From Vulcanimicrobiaceae bacterium (GTDB taxonomy: Bacteria > Vulcanimicrobiota > Vulcanimicrobiia > Vulcanimicrobiales > Vulcanimicrobiaceae), in assembly GCA_046262595.1 (NCBI GenBank), contig JBHEMM010000017.1, positions 1 to 16,427 of the forward strand: DNA of 16,427 nucleotides, in the 5' to 3' direction. This document shows, one piece after another, positions 9,279-16,427 of the stretch. The position numbers and the translations under genes were made by a program. The stretch's first letter is position 1. The number at the start of each line of letters is the position of its first letter. The notes under the pieces were generated by a model. It saw only the letters and a list, made by a program, of their open reading frames with translations, made no database searches and was not told where the DNA came from.

Positions 9279-10792
9279 TCGTTCTCACGCCAGCGCAAAT
9301 GCGCGATGCCGATGCGGCCGCCTGCGAGCGCGTGGGCGCGACGGCGCTCATGCGCGGGGCCGGGGCCGCCATTGCGAGCGCCGTTCGCCGGTTTTCCGGC
9401 GGCTCACGCATCGCCGCTTTCGCAGGCCCAGGGAACAACGGCGGCGATGCCTTTGCGGCGCTTGCCGATCTTGAAAACGTTTCGCGCACGATCTACGCGC
9501 AGACTGCGACGGCCCCGAGCGAGGCGCGGGCGGACGCCGAAGATCGCGCGGCAAAGGCCGGCGTGCGTGTGCTGCCATTCCCCGAAACGCCGGCGGCGAT
9601 GCGCGAGGCGGTGAACGGCTGCGACGTGGTAATCGTCGCGCTGTTCGGCACCGGTGCGCGCTTGCCGCTGCCGCCTGCGCTTGCGGCGCTGATCGACGTG
9701 CTCAACGCCCATGACGCCCCTTGCATTGCGGTCGACGTACCGCCCGGATTAGACGCCGAAACCGGCGCGGTTCGGGAACCCGCGCTGCGTGCCGCCGCGA
9801 CCGTCGCCATCGGCGCGGTAAAGAGCGGTCTGCTTTTGGCCGATCGGCGGATCGCAGGCGAGATCATCGTCGCGCCGATCGGTTTTCCGCAAGATTTGCT
9901 TGCTGCGCAGGAACGCACGTATGCCGCTCTCGATAACGCCGAATTCCTTGCGCTTTTGCCGGCGCGCGGCGCGAATGCGGACAAGCGCAGCGCGGGTGCG
10001 CCGCTCGTTATCGCCGGCTCGGCGCAGTTCCCCGGAGCGGCGGTTTTATGCGCGATGGGCGCCGCGCGCGCCGGTGCGGGGTACGTCACCGCAGCGGCGC
10101 CCAAAGCGGCAGCGCAGAGCTTGCGCGCGCATTTGATCGAGCAGGTCGTCGTAACGATCGACGAAGGCGACGCCGATCGTGCCGTAAGCGCGCTGCTCGA
10201 TCTTTCGCGGCGTTCCGGCGCGATCGCCGCCGGTCCGGGCTTGGGACTGGACGATCGCACCGGCGCGATCGTCCGCGGCGTTCTGGCCCAGACGGATCTG
10301 CCGTGCGTCGCCGATGCAAGCGCGCTCTTCCATCTCAGCAAACATCTGGAGCCGCTGCGCGGCAAGCGGATCGTGCTTACGCCGCACGCCGGCGAGTTCG
10401 CGCGTCTTTCAGGCAAAGGAACGATCGCGCCGGGCGAGCGCGCGGCGCGTTTACGCGAGTTCGTCGATCGCACCGGCGTCACGACGCTGCTTAAAGGCGA
10501 GCCGACGCTGATTTATGACGGCGTCACGATGCACATCAATACGACAGGAACGCCTGCGCTGGCGACTGCGGGAACGGGCGACGTCCTCACCGGCATCATC
10601 GCTACGCTGCTGGCGCAAGGCCTTTCACCGGCGGATGCGGCGCGTGTGGGCGCATACTGGCACGGTTTTGCCGGAAGGCATGCGGCAAAATCGCGGCCGC
10701 GCGGCGTTATCGCGCGCGACGTTTACGAGGCGCTGGGGCCGTGTTTGCTTGCGCTCTCTGCGTCATCGCCGCCGTCTTCTTGGCGTTCGTAG
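9275..10792 (+). CDS. nnr: Bifunctional NAD(P)H-hydrate epimerase/dehydratase (YjeF)
   Basis: N-domain GPGNNGGD and ALFGTG; C-domain GSAQFPGAA, GAGYV, GPGLG, DASAL, LTPHAGEF, LLKG, LATAGTGDVL. Confidence 0.95.
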   Translation: MIVLTPAQMRDADAAACERVGATALMRGAGAAIASAVRRFSGGSRIAAFAGPGNNGGDAFAALADLENVSRTIYAQTATAPSEARADAEDRAAKAGVRVLPFPETPAAMREAVNGCDVVIVALFGTGARLPLPPALAALIDVLNAHDAPCIAVDVPPGLDAETGAVREPALRAAATVAIGAVKSGLLLADRRIAGEIIVAPIGFPQDLLAAQERTYAALDNAEFLALLPARGANADKRSAGAPLVIAGSAQFPGAAVLCAMGAARAGAGYVTAAAPKAAAQSLRAHLIEQVVVTIDEGDADRAVSALLDLSRRSGAIAAGPGLGLDDRTGAIVRGVLAQTDLPCVADASALFHLSKHLEPLRGKRIVLTPHAGEFARLSGKGTIAPGERAARLREFVDRTGVTTLLKGEPTLIYDGVTMHINTTGTPALATAGTGDVLTGIIATLLAQGLSPADAARVGAYWHGFAGRHAAKSRPRGVIARDVYEALGPCLLALSASSPPSSWRS

Positions 10793-10952
10793 ATCTCTCG
10801 CGCGAGCGGATCGAACGGCTTGACCAGCGGACGCCGGTTAAGCAGGCGGTACATCCGTCCCAACGGCCCTGCTGCGGGACGCGCCGCATACGAAATGACG
10901 CCGGCGGCCGCAAGCGCGAGCACCGCTAGACCGATGTAGAGATGCGGATCCA

Positions 10953-10953
<1 letters not shown>
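10723..10953 (-). CDS. Small single-pass membrane protein (76 aa), hypothetical
   Basis: ATG at 10953 overlaps the upstream TAA (TAATG). Sequence MDPHLYIGLAVLALAAAGVISYAARP... has an N-terminal TM followed by basic and then acidic segments. Confidence 0.6.
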
Positions 10954-13833
<2,880 letters not shown>

Positions 13834-13840
13834 TCCGGGT

Positions 13841-16427
13841 CTATGCTTCGACCGCTACCCGGCCGCCTTTCGCTAAGTCATCTAAAACGCGCATATTTTC
13901 GCTTTCCATTGCGTCCAGGGCAATCGCGTCGGGAAGGTGGTGTCCGACCGCACGCTGGTCGACAAGCACCGGGCCTAAATACGTGCCGGTGTATGAGGCC
14001 TTGTTTGCCGCAAGCTGCTCCGGGGTGCCGGTTCCAACCACCGTTCCGCCCTTGTCGCCGCCTTCGGGCCCGAGGTCGATAAGGTAATCCGCGGTCTTGA
14101 TCACATCCAGATTGTGCTCGATCACGAGCACGGTGTTGCCCGTTTGTACCAGGCGCTGCAGCACTTCGAGCAGCTTATGAATGTCGGCAAAATGCAATCC
14201 CGTCGTCGGCTCGTCCAAGACATAGAACGTTCGGCCGGTCGAGCGGCGCGAGAGCTCGGTTGCCAGTTTGACGCGCTGGGCTTCGCCGCCCGAAAGCGTG
14301 GTTGCCGGCTGGCCCATCTTGATGTATCCCAGGCCGACGTCGCAGATCGTGCGCAGCTTGTTGTGAATGCGCGGAATCGCCGAAAAGAACGCGTTCGCTT
14401 CGTCCACGCGCATCTCGAGCACGTCGGCGATCGTCTTCCCCTTATATTTCACTTCCAGCGTCTGCGCGTTGTAACGGCGGCCTTTGCACACCTCGCACGG
14501 CACGTAGACGTCGGGCAGAAAATGCATCTCGATCTTGATGATGCCGTCGCCTTGACAAGCCTCGCAGCGTCCGCCTTTGACGTTGAACGAAAAGCGCCCG
14601 GGCGTATAGCCGCGGATTTTTGCATCGGGAACGAGCGAAAACAATTCGCGGATCAGATCGAACGAGCCCGTGTAGGTGGCCGGGTTGCTGCGCGGCGTCC
14701 GTCCGATAGGCGATTGATCGATCACGACCATCTTATCGAGTTGATCGGCGCCGCGCACCGCGCCGTATGTGCCGCCCGCAGGCTGCCCGTGCAGGTGCTG
14801 ATTGAGCGCTTTCACGAGAACCTGATTGACGAGTGACGATTTCCCGCTGCCGCTCACGCCGGTGACGCAGCCGAAAACGCCTATCGGAAAATCGACGTCG
14901 ACGCCGATCAAATTGTTCGCGCGCGCGTTTTTGACTTTGAGCCACCCTCGCGCTTCACGCCGGGTTTTCGGAATCGGGATGAACCTGCGGCCGGAGATGT
15001 ATGCGCCGGTCGCAGAATCGGGATGCGCGATAATCTGTTCGAGGTTCCCGACGGTCAGGATGTGGCCGCCCTCCGCGCCCGCGCCTGGGCCGATGTCCAC
15101 CACGACGTCCGCCGTACGGATCGTGTCCTCGTCGTGCTCGACGACGATCAACGTGTTGCCCAAATCGCGCAAGGTGCGCAGCGTTGCCAGCAGACGATCG
15201 TTATCGCGCTGATGCAGTCCAATCGACGGCTCGTCCAAGATGTAAAGCACGCCCACGAGCGAGCTGCCGATCTGCGTTGCCAAGCGGATCCGCTGCGATT
15301 CGCCGCCGGAAAGTGTCGTTGCCGGGCGCGAGAGCGTGAGATAGTTCAGCCCGACGTTCGTTAAGAAACCCAAGCGAGCGCGAATCTCTTTGAGCACCTG
15401 ATGCGCGATTTGGAATTCGCGCTCGGCGGGCGCGAAATCGTTGAAAAACTGCTCGCAGTTCTCGATGGACATGCGCGTGAGCGCGTCGATATTCGCGCCG
15501 CCGATCGTGACGGCGAGCGCTTCGGGCTTCAGACGCGCGCCTTTGCATTGAGGACACGTCGACGCGGACATGTATTTCTCGATGTCTTCTTTGACGTAGT
15601 CGCTCGATGTTTCGTTGTAACGGCGCTGCAAATTATTCACCACGCCCTCAAACGAGGAACGGTATTCCCAGACCTTGCCTGCGCGAGACTCATAGGCGAA
15701 GTTCTGCTCCCGATCCGTTCCGTATAGGATCACGTCCACAACCTCGTCCGACATTTTTTCGATCGGCGTCGACGTTTTCACCCGGTATTTGCGCAGCACG
15801 CGTTCGAGCTGCTGCAGATAATACGGATTCATCGAGGGGAAACGCCCGCTGCCTATGGATTTGCTCCACGGGACGACCGCACCGTCATCGATCGATTTAC
15901 TCCGGTCCGGAATGACCTTCCACGGATCGATCTCGACTTTCTCGCCCAAGCCGGTGCATCCGGGGCACGCGCCGTAAGGCGAGTTGAACGAGAAGAGGCG
16001 CGGCGCCAGCTCTTCGAACGAAAGCCCGCAGTAAACGCACGCGAAAGCCTCGCTGAACGTCAGTTCTTTTCCGTCGCCGAGCAGCGCGGTAACGATGCCC
16101 GTGGATAAGCGCAGCGTCGTTTCCACGGAATCGGCCAGGCGCTTGCGGATGTCAGGCTTGATCACGAGGCGATCCACGACAACTTCGATCGTGTGCTTGC
16201 GCTTTTTGTCGAGCACGATCTTCTCGCGCAGTTCTTTCGCCTCGCCGTCAACGCGCACGCGCGCGAAGCCCTCTTTGCCGATCTCTTCGAACAGCTTGGC
16301 GTACTCGCCCTTGCGTCCGCGCACGAGCGGCGCGAGCAGCTGAACACGCGTTCCCTCGGGCAGCGCCATGATCGAATCGACGATCTGCTCGCTGGTTTGC
16401 GTGCTGATCTCGCGGCCGCAGTTGTAG
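13841..16427 (-). CDS. uvrA: Excinuclease ABC subunit A, 5' end beyond the window
   Basis: FSFNSPYGACPGC, two ABC signatures (LSGGESQR, LSGGEAQR), Walker A GVSGSGKS, GGRCEAC zinc finger. The frame stays open upstream of 16369 (YNCGREISTQTSEQIVDSIM). Confidence 0.99.
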   Translation of the reverse strand, partial: YNCGREISTQTSEQIVDSIMALPEGTRVQLLAPLVRGRKGEYAKLFEEIGKEGFARVRVDGEAKELREKIVLDKKRKHTIEVVVDRLVIKPDIRKRLADSVETTLRLSTGIVTALLGDGKELTFSEAFACVYCGLSFEELAPRLFSFNSPYGACPGCTGLGEKVEIDPWKVIPDRSKSIDDGAVVPWSKSIGSGRFPSMNPYYLQQLERVLRKYRVKTSTPIEKMSDEVVDVILYGTDREQNFAYESRAGKVWEYRSSFEGVVNNLQRRYNETSSDYVKEDIEKYMSASTCPQCKGARLKPEALAVTIGGANIDALTRMSIENCEQFFNDFAPAEREFQIAHQVLKEIRARLGFLTNVGLNYLTLSRPATTLSGGESQRIRLATQIGSSLVGVLYILDEPSIGLHQRDNDRLLATLRTLRDLGNTLIVVEHDEDTIRTADVVVDIGPGAGAEGGHILTVGNLEQIIAHPDSATGAYISGRRFIPIPKTRREARGWLKVKNARANNLIGVDVDFPIGVFGCVTGVSGSGKSSLVNQVLVKALNQHLHGQPAGGTYGAVRGADQLDKMVVIDQSPIGRTPRSNPATYTGSFDLIRELFSLVPDAKIRGYTPGRFSFNVKGGRCEACQGDGIIKIEMHFLPDVYVPCEVCKGRRYNAQTLEVKYKGKTIADVLEMRVDEANAFFSAIPRIHNKLRTICDVGLGYIKMGQPATTLSGGEAQRVKLATELSRRSTGRTFYVLDEPTTGLHFADIHKLLEVLQRLVQTGNTVLVIEHNLDVIKTADYLIDLGPEGGDKGGTVVGTGTPEQLAANKASYTGTYLGPVLVDQRAVGHHLPDAIALDAMESENMRVLDDLAKGGRVAVEA

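Overview
GC-rich, densely packed bacterial chromosomal window with mostly housekeeping genes. I saw no CRISPR array, integrase or transposase. Minus strand, right to left: uvrA (5'-truncated by the window) - VOC-family protein - ligA - YfcE-like metallophosphoesterase - small membrane protein; then archaemetzincin; MCP chemoreceptor - Cache-domain membrane protein - DUF3343-like protein; then ndk - eno - tRNA(CAU, probably Ile2) - lipoprotein - secreted alpha/beta hydrolase - PhyH-type dioxygenase (3'-truncated). Plus strand: birA, and acpS - nnr. The most notable observations are: (1) the enolase stop codon lies inside the tRNA gene; (2) a candidate bipartite chemoreceptor, made of an MCP with no extracytoplasmic sensor domain coupled to a Cache sensor whose cytoplasmic tail looks like an MCP missing its signalling tip, under an AT-rich palindromic leader; (3) a translationally coupled uvrA/ligA cluster carrying three accessory genes; (4) an Nnr epimerase domain with two substituted K+-ligand positions. 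All family assignments come from motif recognition by eye; no searches were run.
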